Below are positions 1-8,207 of a stretch of 64,000 nucleotides of DNA, piece by piece (within the stretch, counting starts at the first letter, position 1; every line of letters starts with the position of its first letter). The DNA lies in IMG/VR virus record IMGVR_UViG_3300020416_000001, positions 32,001 through 96,000 of that record. One strand, given 5' to 3'. Made by a program: the position numbers and the translations under genes. Source of the DNA: a virus. The notes below the pieces were generated by a model. It did not search any database. It saw nothing but the letters and a program-made list of their open reading frames with translations, and was not told where the DNA came from.

Positions 1-14
1 CGTTATTCAATACT

Positions 15-161
15 ATGGGACGCACTTACAAACGTAATGACACATACAAATCGAATAGAGCGAAATCGTTAAGAGAGAAACGAGACAATCACAAACAGAC
101 AGAGTACAAACCACCCTACCACAATCCGAGTAAAAAGTCAAGCAAGAAAAAAGATGAATGA
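15..161 (+). CDS. small basic hypothetical protein (48 aa, MGRTYKRNDTYKSNRAKSLREKR...)
   Basis: Manually translated ATG15-TGA161; overlaps next ORF start in typical phage coupled arrangement; below ORF-track cutoff. Confidence 0.6.
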   Translation: MGRTYKRNDTYKSNRAKSLREKRDNHKQTEYKPPYHNPSKKSSKKKDE

Positions 162-291
162 ACTGACTAAGGACTGGATCGATCTACTACTTGACGAACC
201 CGACGAGGATATGATACAATTAGACTATGAACAAAACGAACCCGAACCCTATGACGATTTAACAGAAATGACAATCATTTTCAATGACTAG
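154..291 (+). CDS. small acidic hypothetical protein (45 aa, MNELTKDWIDLLLDEPDEDM...)
   Basis: Manual translation; overlaps both neighbours by 8 nt. Confidence 0.55.
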   Translation: MNELTKDWIDLLLDEPDEDMIQLDYEQNEPEPYDDLTEMTIIFND

Positions 292-460
292 ATTTGAGTT
301 TCTAAATGAGTTAGTCGAGTCCAGTAGTTGCCCACCCTCGGAGTTAATCGAGTGGGGTCAGTTCTTGCTAGATACTGAACTACAACCCCACTTCAATAAG
401 CATCAAAAAATATTGATGTATCTCGTCGCTGAGGGGTGTTGCTATTGGGTGCCAACTTAG
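284..460 (+). CDS. hypothetical protein (58 aa, MTRFEFLNELVESSS...GCCYWVPT)
   Basis: Manual translation; coupled to upstream ORF. Confidence 0.55.
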   Translation: MTRFEFLNELVESSSCPPSELIEWGQFLLDTELQPHFNKHQKILMYLVAEGCCYWVPT

Positions 461-580
461 TCGGGTCGGTGCATATTAAAAAGGGAACCTAGTGATAACC
501 TACAACAGTATAGGGACGAGTATATTATCGAAATCGCATTTCGGGTCCCCCCATATACAAAAAAATTTTCCAAGTAAAAA

Positions 581-1000
581 ATGACCAAAAAGATCGATTC
601 GTACCGTGAAGAGTACAAGGAGTGGTTAGGGAGAGAATGGAAAGGACAGAAAGGAGGAGGATGCTTCAAACTCCTCTATGATTATGGTATTGCTACTGGG
701 TATCACACTTGTAAGGAGGATTACTCATTCAATCACCGATCATTCCTCAAGAACATCTGGGAGGACGAAGGATGGACTGCCATCAAGGTTTCCGAGATGG
801 GCGATGAGTTCGGTATCGAGGATCTGGAGAAGTATGACATATTGCTGATGAACTTAGAGAGTAATCGCCTCAATCACGGTGCTTTGTATCTTGGAGAGGG
901 ATTCGTATTACACCATAAGGCATTTGACGTATCACGGATAGAAAAAGTAAAACCCTATATAGGGCAGACACTATACGTGATACGAAAGAATGTCTCATAG
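581..1000 (+). CDS. NlpC/P60-like cysteine peptidase (lambda tail assembly protein K C-terminal-like)
   Basis: N-terminal GGGCFKLL catalytic-Cys context and DILLM...NHGALYLGEGFVLHH His motif typical of NlpC/P60. Confidence 0.7.
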   Translation: MTKKIDSYREEYKEWLGREWKGQKGGGCFKLLYDYGIATGYHTCKEDYSFNHRSFLKNIWEDEGWTAIKVSEMGDEFGIEDLEKYDILLMNLESNRLNHGALYLGEGFVLHHKAFDVSRIEKVKPYIGQTLYVIRKNVS

Positions 1001-1157
1001 GTATATACTTCCCATAGAGGAGGATGAAGAAAGTGGAGAACTTCTGCTCAATCTACCAGACGAGTTACTTGACGAAATGGGATGGTACTTTGGTGATGAG
1101 TTAGAATATTCCATTGAAGACGATCAACTTACACTTCGAAAGTTCAAAGAACCTTAG
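990..1157 (+). CDS. AbrB/MazE-like small DNA-binding protein (55 aa)
   Basis: Manual translation MSHRYILPIEEDEESGELLLNLPDELLDEMGWYFGDELEYSIEDDQLTLRK matches the swapped-hairpin pattern (LPxELLxxMGWxxGDELExxIEDxxLxL). Confidence 0.65.
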   Translation: MSHRYILPIEEDEESGELLLNLPDELLDEMGWYFGDELEYSIEDDQLTLRKFKEP

Positions 1158-1158
1158 T

Positions 1159-1362
1159 ATGAAGAAACCTTTATCATTTGATAAGTTAGGTATTGAACAT
1201 AAACGTGTCATTTATGCTGCAATACGTTACTATCAAGGTAACGGACTCACATCACAGTCTATTACCGAGTATAATAAATGTGATGAGATCTTAAATTCTA
1301 TCTCAGACACCTTGAACCGTTATGATCTTGGAACCCATCCCGACTTCGAATGTGACATCTAA
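1159..1362 (+). CDS. hypothetical protein
   Basis: ORF track 1114..1362; ATG at 1159 directly after upstream stop is the likelier start. Confidence 0.6.
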   Translation: MKKPLSFDKLGIEHKRVIYAAIRYYQGNGLTSQSITEYNKCDEILNSISDTLNRYDLGTHPDFECDI

Positions 1363-1534
1363 AGAGGAGTGGACAATTACAATCTCCAAAGAGGAGAGAC
1401 AGTTGATTGTGAACTCTGGTGCGTGGGCACTGATGTACAAACCTGAGGTATGTGGTGGTAAAGAACTAGCAAAGGTTCAAGCATTGCATAGGTCTCTGAG
1501 AGAGAAGTTAGGAGTTACCGAGGGTTTCGTATGA
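1322..1534 (+). CDS. hypothetical protein
   Basis: ORF track; ATGA overlap with next gene. Confidence 0.6.
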   Translation: MILEPIPTSNVTSKEEWTITISKEERQLIVNSGAWALMYKPEVCGGKELAKVQALHRSLREKLGVTEGFV

Positions 1535-2103
1535 GTTATTCACACAAGATGCAGCACCAACGTGTTGTAGACAATTTTCTACCAGAGGAGGAGTTCCTTA
1601 AGATGAGGGACGAGATCTGTGGTGATCAGTGTTTTCCTTGGTATTTGAATCACGCAAAGGTGATGCACGTAGCAAGGATGATAGACCCAGACTTACAGGC
1701 AAAGGAAATATATAACTGGCAGATGGTTCACAAGTTCTATGAAGGAGGAAGACCACAGAGTCCACAGTGGGATCTGATCTTACCTCTTATCAATAGAATC
1801 CAACCCAGAGCACTGATACGTGTCAAGGCAAATTTGAATCATCATACTGATGAACTTATCGAATACGATTATCATACTGACTGTGGGGAGTATCATCCTG
1901 ATGGTGGTGAGAACGTCTTCAAAGGCGCTACAACCGCTGTGTACTATCTAAATGATAACGATGGTTATACATTCTTTAAGGATGGCACTAGAGTGGAATC
2001 TAAGGCGAATCGAATAGTCTTCTTTCCTGTTAACATTCCACACGCAGGTACATCAACAACAAACAGCAAATTTAGATTTGTGCTAAACTTAAATTACTTT
2101 TAG
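1531..2103 (+). CDS. 2OG-Fe(II) oxygenase superfamily protein
   Basis: HTD iron-ligand motif, TAVYYLNDNDGYT, distal His (PHAG) and R (FRFVLNLNY); family very common in cyanomyoviruses. Confidence 0.85.
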   Translation: MSYSHKMQHQRVVDNFLPEEEFLKMRDEICGDQCFPWYLNHAKVMHVARMIDPDLQAKEIYNWQMVHKFYEGGRPQSPQWDLILPLINRIQPRALIRVKANLNHHTDELIEYDYHTDCGEYHPDGGENVFKGATTAVYYLNDNDGYTFFKDGTRVESKANRIVFFPVNIPHAGTSTTNSKFRFVLNLNYF

Positions 2104-2158
2104 GTATTAAACTACTGAGACGTTACCCCGCGAGCGTCGTAACTATTCTGAAAACACT

Positions 2159-3043
2159 ATGAAATACGAACTCTATACCTGGCCCTATGAAAAATCGTGG
2201 GATCTGGACTGGGAACCTAACTTTATCCAACCTCTGAATACTAAGAACTCTGGGAGTGATGTGCAAGCACCGCGACGGAAGCAATTATTGGAGGAACTAG
2301 AAGAAAAGGGAGATGATGAACTAATCCAAGTGTTAGGTCTGAGAGGATGTAAGAGAGGGACCGTAGTCACAACACTGCCGAATGAGATCTGGCGATGTAT
2401 GAGACATTATGATTCTGGTAAGGAGGTTATCTTACCTTACTACCACGTGAGTAATCTAGGGCGAGTTGTCAGTCACGTGCATCATCCTTCTCATAATAAG
2501 AGAACTAAGCAGACTGCAACGTGGTCAAAACAATATAACTGTCTAGCGTTCGGTAAGATGAAGAGTCAGAAAGGTCTGGACGGTAAGTGGAGAGATCGTG
2601 TTCACTATAAGATTAAGTATCGTGATGGTGATAAGTGGTATTTCTATCCTATCCTTCTACCTGAGGGAGTGGAGGGTAAGTATGCTCCATTTGTAAGTTG
2701 TGCAGCACAGCACGGAACAAAAGATATTGGAGCGCATATGATTATTGCTTCTACCTTTATTGACATATGTGATCATCCTCCTAACTGTAGAGATGAGAAC
2801 TTCCTAAAGGATATTGGATGGAAGCGTATGTCTAAGAAGGGAAAGCGGAAGATGTCTGCTCTCTTCGAGATTGATCATTGTAACCAAAAGTGTTATGATA
2901 ACAGATGGACAAACCTCGAACGTAAGAGAGGTGTTGACAATAACTTCGAATCACTGATTGCTCGTGGTGGAAACCATAGTAATAGTCACGATGATGTCTT
3001 TGTCAGTAAGCAAGTTCCTGTACTAGATGAGTTTTTTGTATGA
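2159..3043 (+). CDS. putative free-standing HNH homing endonuclease (NUMOD4-like N-terminal part)
   Basis: EIWR...YHVSNLGRV NUMOD4-like motif; HMIIASTF and EIDHCNQKCYDNRWTNLE HNH motif. Confidence 0.75.
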   Translation: MKYELYTWPYEKSWDLDWEPNFIQPLNTKNSGSDVQAPRRKQLLEELEEKGDDELIQVLGLRGCKRGTVVTTLPNEIWRCMRHYDSGKEVILPYYHVSNLGRVVSHVHHPSHNKRTKQTATWSKQYNCLAFGKMKSQKGLDGKWRDRVHYKIKYRDGDKWYFYPILLPEGVEGKYAPFVSCAAQHGTKDIGAHMIIASTFIDICDHPPNCRDENFLKDIGWKRMSKKGKRKMSALFEIDHCNQKCYDNRWTNLERKRGVDNNFESLIARGGNHSNSHDDVFVSKQVPVLDEFFV

Positions 3044-3330
3044 GCATTGAATTCCCAAAAGATGAACAACCTATCCCAGGTGTACCAAAGTTCGAGACCT
3101 ATCAGGAAGAACTAGAGTGGCGCTTTGAGAAGATCTCAGAGTCAATCAAGAATCTGGCAGAAAGGTCAATGCAACACGAGACATTCCTGATGAGGGGTGC
3201 TGATATGATTCAGTACAAACCCCCAGGTGCGGATAAGCATCTAAACCTGACGCAGTTATTTGACGATCTGTATGGCAGACTAAATACCTTGGAGGAAAAA
3301 CTATCTCAACGTGAGCATATATCTGATTGA
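3040..3330 (+). CDS. hypothetical coiled-coil protein
   Basis: ORF track; overlaps both neighbours. Confidence 0.7.
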   Translation: MSIEFPKDEQPIPGVPKFETYQEELEWRFEKISESIKNLAERSMQHETFLMRGADMIQYKPPGADKHLNLTQLFDDLYGRLNTLEEKLSQREHISD

Positions 3331-6300
3331 GACGGGTCGTAGTTACGAGAATCCGATTGATTCTTTTGACTATCAACGTCTTTACACTACTGATGATCAC
3401 CCGTCCTTTTCAGGTACTGATGAGGATGGTTCTCCCTATGGACGTATTGAGATAGAAGGTGCAGGACCAGGGTCATATGCTTTCGGACGAGACGAGGTAT
3501 ATTACATTGGTATTCAGAATGAGACTTGTATAGCACACTGTGATGCAGAGAGACGAGAAGTCTATCGTTTCTACAGTGGTAGAAGAGAGGATCATACTTA
3601 TTGGTATGAGACTGCTATGCCTGACAAAGCACCTCAAAACCCACAACGATATAATAGAGAACCCCGAAACGGAATCTGGGCGTTCTATTTGATGAAAAAT
3701 TCCCAGACGGGATCGCAACCAGTATATCTGCACTATGATTCTTCAAACTTTAATTCTTATTTCTCTAGTTCTTCTAGTGGTTCTATAGAACTATTGGGAT
3801 ATATCTTTACATCTTCTAGTGCTCCTAGTGATGTATTGAATCCTAATGAACAAACAATACCTTTATATCACTATAGAAAGAATATAAACGGTCACTATGA
3901 TGATTTCTATACTGTAGATCCTGCCAATGAGGTCAATCTACAGACTGGTGTCCCAGGAGTTCCTGACCCTGCTAAACCATTCCAACAAGAATACCAGTAT
4001 GTTGGCATCTATGGGTATGTGCTTAGTGCATTTGCTCCTAGAAAGAAGAAAACTGTTATTGATACTGGTGGTCCACAGAACACTGGAGAGGTTGACCGCT
4101 CTAGTTGGTACAGTTACGGAAGTGGATATGATGAAGATGACTATAGAGATCAAACACTAACACCTGCACAACAAGGATGGGGTGATCCTAACAACGCAGA
4201 CATCATCTCAGGTGATGCAAACTTCGAATGGTACTTCGGTAAGAATGGTGCTGTCAAGTGTGCACTGCCTAGGTTCTTAGGATTCCACGATGCCTTTGAA
4301 GGGCAGTTTGTGTACTACTTGTATGACACAGAGAAACCTTTTAATGGTCCTGTGTTTGGTATCAACTTCACTACTACTGATGCACCTTGTTTTGATGGTG
4401 ATGATTATGGTGGTGTACAGACTCCTAACGTACAATACTACTCTGTTTACTATAAAATACGTGATGATGCGTGGCAAACACAGAAAACACGCTTAACTGT
4501 CTCTGCTCCTAACGCAGATAACATCGCTGACTCGTTCTGGGCAGTAGGAACGGACGATCAGATGGTGTTTTTCCGTTATACATCGTCAACTGGTGCGTTT
4601 TTAGTCGGAGAAACACTCAAAGGATGGTTAATTACCCAAGTTAGGTACTTTGGAGACGAACTTAGGTGCGGTTACATACGTTTGCAGCACAAAAAAGCAA
4701 GAAATGGACAGGAATTTAGTTACAATGAGGTAATTACGGCACAGGACGGTGCAACTGGACTCGTTTTGGCGGGTTATGGCATAAAAGACAAGGCAGCGTT
4801 CTTCGGAGTGTACGAATTTCCGAAAAGAATCTCATATTTTAAGATAAAAGTCGATAATAGAGCGTTAATACCAAAAAGAACGCTTGATGAAGCGATTATT
4901 GAGGCAACTATTGACGAACAGGGGCGTGTTGCGTCGGCAGAGATCATAAATGCAGGTCTAGGTTATATAAATCCCGATGTTATCGTGTCAGTTCCCGATG
5001 AATTCAAGGAAGAGGGGTTTGCAGACACCGCAGACAACGTTGTGGAGTCATTTGAGGACGGAAGGTTTGCAAAATACAATATTAACGTCGAAACTTCGGA
5101 TGAATTCAAAACTGCAGACAAGGCACCGCGTGCTTTGGGACGAAAACTGAGAGATGAGAAGTTTTTGACTGATGCAGGATTCGCAAGAGAGATCAGACAG
5201 GCAAAAGCACGTATTACACTGAATGAGCAAGGTGCTGTTAAGACTGTAACCATTACTGAGAAGGGAAAGGGTTACACACCTGGAGATAAGGTTGCAATTT
5301 ACGTTGTGGAGCGAGAAATCGAGGTTAGAGCGGATGAATTCATTGGTGATCCTATGAAAGGGGTAACTGAGAAGATGAATAACACATTTTCCGACCCAGA
5401 TATGCCTATGGCGGATACTCCTGCATATATTCTCAATGAAAACGGTGATAAAGTCGAAGTTTCGACTAATACACTGTTTGATGAGGGTCTAGGAACGTAT
5501 AATAGCGTAGTTGGTGAGTTTGATCACACTGTTGAGACAAATATAGTCACTTCTTACATCGAAGCACACGATAAGAGCGATACTGAGAAGATGAAGTTCT
5601 GTAAAGATGTGCTTCCTGTCAAGTGTTTAGATCTAGGAATCGGTGGTGAGTGGCATAATTTAAGAAATTACATCAATCCATCAGAAATTTTCTCTTCTGC
5701 AAAGCAGTATAATCCTAACTTGGAGAAGGAAGAGGAGGAACTTGCACGTATTGTTGCAGAAGGAGAGGAAACATCACAGATAATCAACAACAGAATGAAC
5801 AATGGGATGGTTGGATTCCTCGGTGGAGACTGTCTTGAGGTATCTCAGTCAACACTTTACGGTGTTAGACGCTTCTTTGACATACCTTGTCCCTATACTG
5901 AGTTGGGTAAAGACGGTGTTTCACGAACTTTTGGTTATTTGCCGTACAAATATTGCGGATCTGACAGAGAAAGTGCACAAATTAGGGTAACAATGGAGGT
6001 AGAAGGTAATGTAATTAAGAAAGGAGAGGCAATAAACACTGATTTTATTGATTTTCTGAAGACATTACCCAAACCAACCCTTACTAGACCGCGCCCAACC
6101 ACAAATACCAGTGGAAAATCGCACGCTTGTAAGCGAGGAAGCAATGTAGAGGGTAAATGTTACTCAACTGGCAAAGGTCAATACACATTTGTGCCTGATT
6201 CTGGGGATGAAAACACGTTTGACTTCTACGGTACTGAGTTAGAGCAGTTAGAAACGTGGTTAGGTGCAGGTAATTTCACTGGATACGGTGCAGGAACTGC

Positions 6301-6742
6301 AACATACACTGTGACAGACCCTAATACTGGTACATCTGTTCCTTATACTGAGAATTACAACACGATTCAGATCGTAGCGTGCAGTGGAGGTAAGTTCCCT
6401 AACCCGTGTTGGCACAATTTTGTCACAGATGGTGTACTTGATGTGTACAATGCATACGATAGTTCGGGAAATGCTTCCGTAACTTGGGGTGCAAATATGT
6501 GTACGTCACCTCCATTCAATAATTACCTCTTGAGTTGTGAAGCATTGAGGAGTGTTATCTTCTCAACCATCGCATTTGACCCAGGTGCGATCTCAGATGT
6601 TGACAATAACATTGAACTTGCTCCTATTGGGGGAAGATTGAACTATACAAACTACTTGACTGGCGCAACTATCCTCCTTGATAGATCGCTAGATAGATTT
6701 GGGAACCCATATTTCGAAGAATGTGACTTGGAGACCTACTAA
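3311..6742 (+). CDS. large virion structural protein (baseplate/hub-associated)
   Basis: 1143 aa; VYRFYS...DH and PLYHY...DDFYT repeat-like modules, two V.I...G.GY..P/G motifs shared with gp7-like proteins, Cys-rich C-terminus; sits just before PAAR/gp25. Confidence 0.7.
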   Translation: MSIYLIETGRSYENPIDSFDYQRLYTTDDHPSFSGTDEDGSPYGRIEIEGAGPGSYAFGRDEVYYIGIQNETCIAHCDAERREVYRFYSGRREDHTYWYETAMPDKAPQNPQRYNREPRNGIWAFYLMKNSQTGSQPVYLHYDSSNFNSYFSSSSSGSIELLGYIFTSSSAPSDVLNPNEQTIPLYHYRKNINGHYDDFYTVDPANEVNLQTGVPGVPDPAKPFQQEYQYVGIYGYVLSAFAPRKKKTVIDTGGPQNTGEVDRSSWYSYGSGYDEDDYRDQTLTPAQQGWGDPNNADIISGDANFEWYFGKNGAVKCALPRFLGFHDAFEGQFVYYLYDTEKPFNGPVFGINFTTTDAPCFDGDDYGGVQTPNVQYYSVYYKIRDDAWQTQKTRLTVSAPNADNIADSFWAVGTDDQMVFFRYTSSTGAFLVGETLKGWLITQVRYFGDELRCGYIRLQHKKARNGQEFSYNEVITAQDGATGLVLAGYGIKDKAAFFGVYEFPKRISYFKIKVDNRALIPKRTLDEAIIEATIDEQGRVASAEIINAGLGYINPDVIVSVPDEFKEEGFADTADNVVESFEDGRFAKYNINVETSDEFKTADKAPRALGRKLRDEKFLTDAGFAREIRQAKARITLNEQGAVKTVTITEKGKGYTPGDKVAIYVVEREIEVRADEFIGDPMKGVTEKMNNTFSDPDMPMADTPAYILNENGDKVEVSTNTLFDEGLGTYNSVVGEFDHTVETNIVTSYIEAHDKSDTEKMKFCKDVLPVKCLDLGIGGEWHNLRNYINPSEIFSSAKQYNPNLEKEEEELARIVAEGEETSQIINNRMNNGMVGFLGGDCLEVSQSTLYGVRRFFDIPCPYTELGKDGVSRTFGYLPYKYCGSDRESAQIRVTMEVEGNVIKKGEAINTDFIDFLKTLPKPTLTRPRPTTNTSGKSHACKRGSNVEGKCYSTGKGQYTFVPDSGDENTFDFYGTELEQLETWLGAGNFTGYGAGTATYTVTDPNTGTSVPYTENYNTIQIVACSGGKFPNPCWHNFVTDGVLDVYNAYDSSGNASVTWGANMCTSPPFNNYLLSCEALRSVIFSTIAFDPGAISDVDNNIELAPIGGRLNYTNYLTGATILLDRSLDRFGNPYFEECDLETY

Positions 6743-7284
6743 TGGCACTAGGATTAGCAAAACCAGTAGCAAATCATAACGGTTTGCCCTGTACAGGACA
6801 CGGAATACCCATTCCGTCAACAATACACTCAACACAATCGTGTGGAACACCACCGATTAGGTTAGGAATTGTGATGAAAAACAAAACTTGTCTGTGGCCA
6901 CCCACGCCTTTAGTCTCTTTGACTGGTCTAAATCCCTTCAGAGCGATGGTTGTGGTCAATAAAATACCTATAATGATCAAAGGTGATGTGTTCACTCCTC
7001 ATTCGTCACCAACAACTAACATTATTAACTATTTGTGTCCTTGTGGTAAGGCAACCTGTATCATTCCTACTCCAACAATTTGCTCCCTACTGACTGCTGA
7101 AGATATTACAGGTGGTCATCCTAGGGTTCTTGATACTGGGTTCTACCAGTCTGTGAGAGCGTTTAAGATACCCATAGGTAGATTGGGTGATAACTTAGGT
7201 AAAGGCAGTCTACCGCCCGTCAGCATAGGGTATCCGTGTATGTCTAAGATTGCATACGGATCACCTAATGTCCTTGCGGGATAA
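6742..7284 (+). CDS. PAAR-like spike tip protein (T4 gp5.4 analogue)
   Basis: CTGHG, VNKIPIMIKGD..TPH, IPIGRLGD, C..KIAYGSPNVLAG motifs; position upstream of gp25. Confidence 0.8.
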   Translation: MALGLAKPVANHNGLPCTGHGIPIPSTIHSTQSCGTPPIRLGIVMKNKTCLWPPTPLVSLTGLNPFRAMVVVNKIPIMIKGDVFTPHSSPTTNIINYLCPCGKATCIIPTPTICSLLTAEDITGGHPRVLDTGFYQSVRAFKIPIGRLGDNLGKGSLPPVSIGYPCMSKIAYGSPNVLAG

Positions 7285-7287
7285 GTA

Positions 7288-7296
7288 TGCTATAAT
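7288..7296 (+). promoter_or_regulatory. extended -10 sigma70-type promoter element (TGcTATAAT)
   Basis: Perfect TGnTATAAT in the intergenic gap ~25 nt upstream of ATG 7322. Confidence 0.5.
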
Positions 7297-7321
7297 TTTC
7301 GAGTAGTTTGATTACTCTCTA

Positions 7322-7468
7322 ATGGCAAAGGCAAAAGTCGGTCTCGGTGGAGGCGTCTTTATCCAAGCAATTCCAAAGAGCACCCGTCAAGGAAACGGGA
7401 AAAACACAAAATACTCGGCAACATCTAGGAATGGTGCTAAGAAAAAATATCGAGGACAAGGTAAATGA
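7322..7468 (+). CDS. small basic protein (48 aa, MAKAKVGLGGG...KKYRGQGK)
   Basis: Manual translation; K/R/G-rich peptide of the type found before gp25 in cyanomyoviruses; preferred over track ORF 7347..7580. Confidence 0.7.
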   Translation: MAKAKVGLGGGVFIQAIPKSTRQGNGKNTKYSATSRNGAKKKYRGQGK

Positions 7469-7635
7469 GACCAGAGACCAGACACGCAATGGAGATGCTA
7501 TGGGGGGCAAAATGGAACTTGCCAACTGCAGCACTCCACTGTGGTCTAACAAACAAAGAAATGAAAATCACTTTCAATGAATATTGTGCCCTTCACCCCC
7601 CAACGGAGGAATATGAGTTCGAAAGGTCTAAATAA
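7465..7635 (+). CDS. small hypothetical protein (56 aa, MRPETRHAMEMLWGAKWNLPTAALHCGL...)
   Basis: Manual translation; ATGA overlap with upstream stop; possible HTH-like pattern. Confidence 0.7.
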   Translation: MRPETRHAMEMLWGAKWNLPTAALHCGLTNKEMKITFNEYCALHPPTEEYEFERSK

Positions 7636-7693
7636 TAACAGCAGCGATAGGAACCGCTCTAAAAGTTCTTCTTTACAAACGGAGGAACGACCA

Positions 7694-7843
7694 ATGGTAC
7701 AAGTTGACAGAGCACAGTGGTTCATCGATTCTGGTATGGTTTTAGTGACTGATCCTGTTGCTGATAAATACCTAAAACAAGTCCCAAAATCGAAGGATGG
7801 CGTACAGGTTCAAAGCAGACAAGAATCTAAGCAGACAGTTTAG
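7694..7843 (+). CDS. small hypothetical protein (49 aa, MVQVDRAQWFIDSGMVLVTDP...)
   Basis: Strong GGAGG RBS at 7681; in frame with track ORF 7577..7843. Confidence 0.6.
   Translation: MVQVDRAQWFIDSGMVLVTDPVADKYLKQVPKSKDGVQVQSRQESKQTV
7763..7770 (+). promoter_or_regulatory. T4-type late promoter (GATAAATA)
   Basis: NATAAATA motif ~27 nt upstream of gp25 start. Confidence 0.55.
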
Positions 7844-8204
7844 AGATTTTGGTATTGGGATGAAAGCAAATCCCAATACTGAAGACTTTTCTGTTGTGAA
7901 GAATGAAAACGCAATCAAACAAGCAATGAAAAACCTGCTGCTGACGCAGTTTGGTGAAAGACCTTTTCAACCCAATACAGGATCACGTGTAAGGGGAATG
8001 CTGTTTGAGAATTTCGATGTCTTTATGATTGAGGGTCTAACTGACGAGATTAAGAACACTCTTCGTCGGTTAGAACCTCGTATTATTGTTAATGACGTTC
8101 GAACTGTAATAGAAGACAGAAACGAACTAGCAGTGGAAATTGATTACACTATTGTCGGTCAGACACTTGTTCAAACTGTTGACTTTCTATTAGAAAAGGC
8201 GTAA
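7797..8204 (+). CDS. gp25: baseplate wedge subunit gp25
   Basis: NENAIKQAMKNLLLTQFGERPFQPNTGS...LFEN...EPRI signature. Confidence 0.92.
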   Translation: MAYRFKADKNLSRQFRDFGIGMKANPNTEDFSVVKNENAIKQAMKNLLLTQFGERPFQPNTGSRVRGMLFENFDVFMIEGLTDEIKNTLRRLEPRIIVNDVRTVIEDRNELAVEIDYTIVGQTLVQTVDFLLEKA

Positions 8205-8207
8205 AAA

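Noticed and set aside
7347-7693. Track ORFs 7347..7580 and the 5' part of 7577..7843
   Set aside because: Better explained by coupled small ORFs 7322-7468, 7465-7635 and 7694-7843 with an RBS
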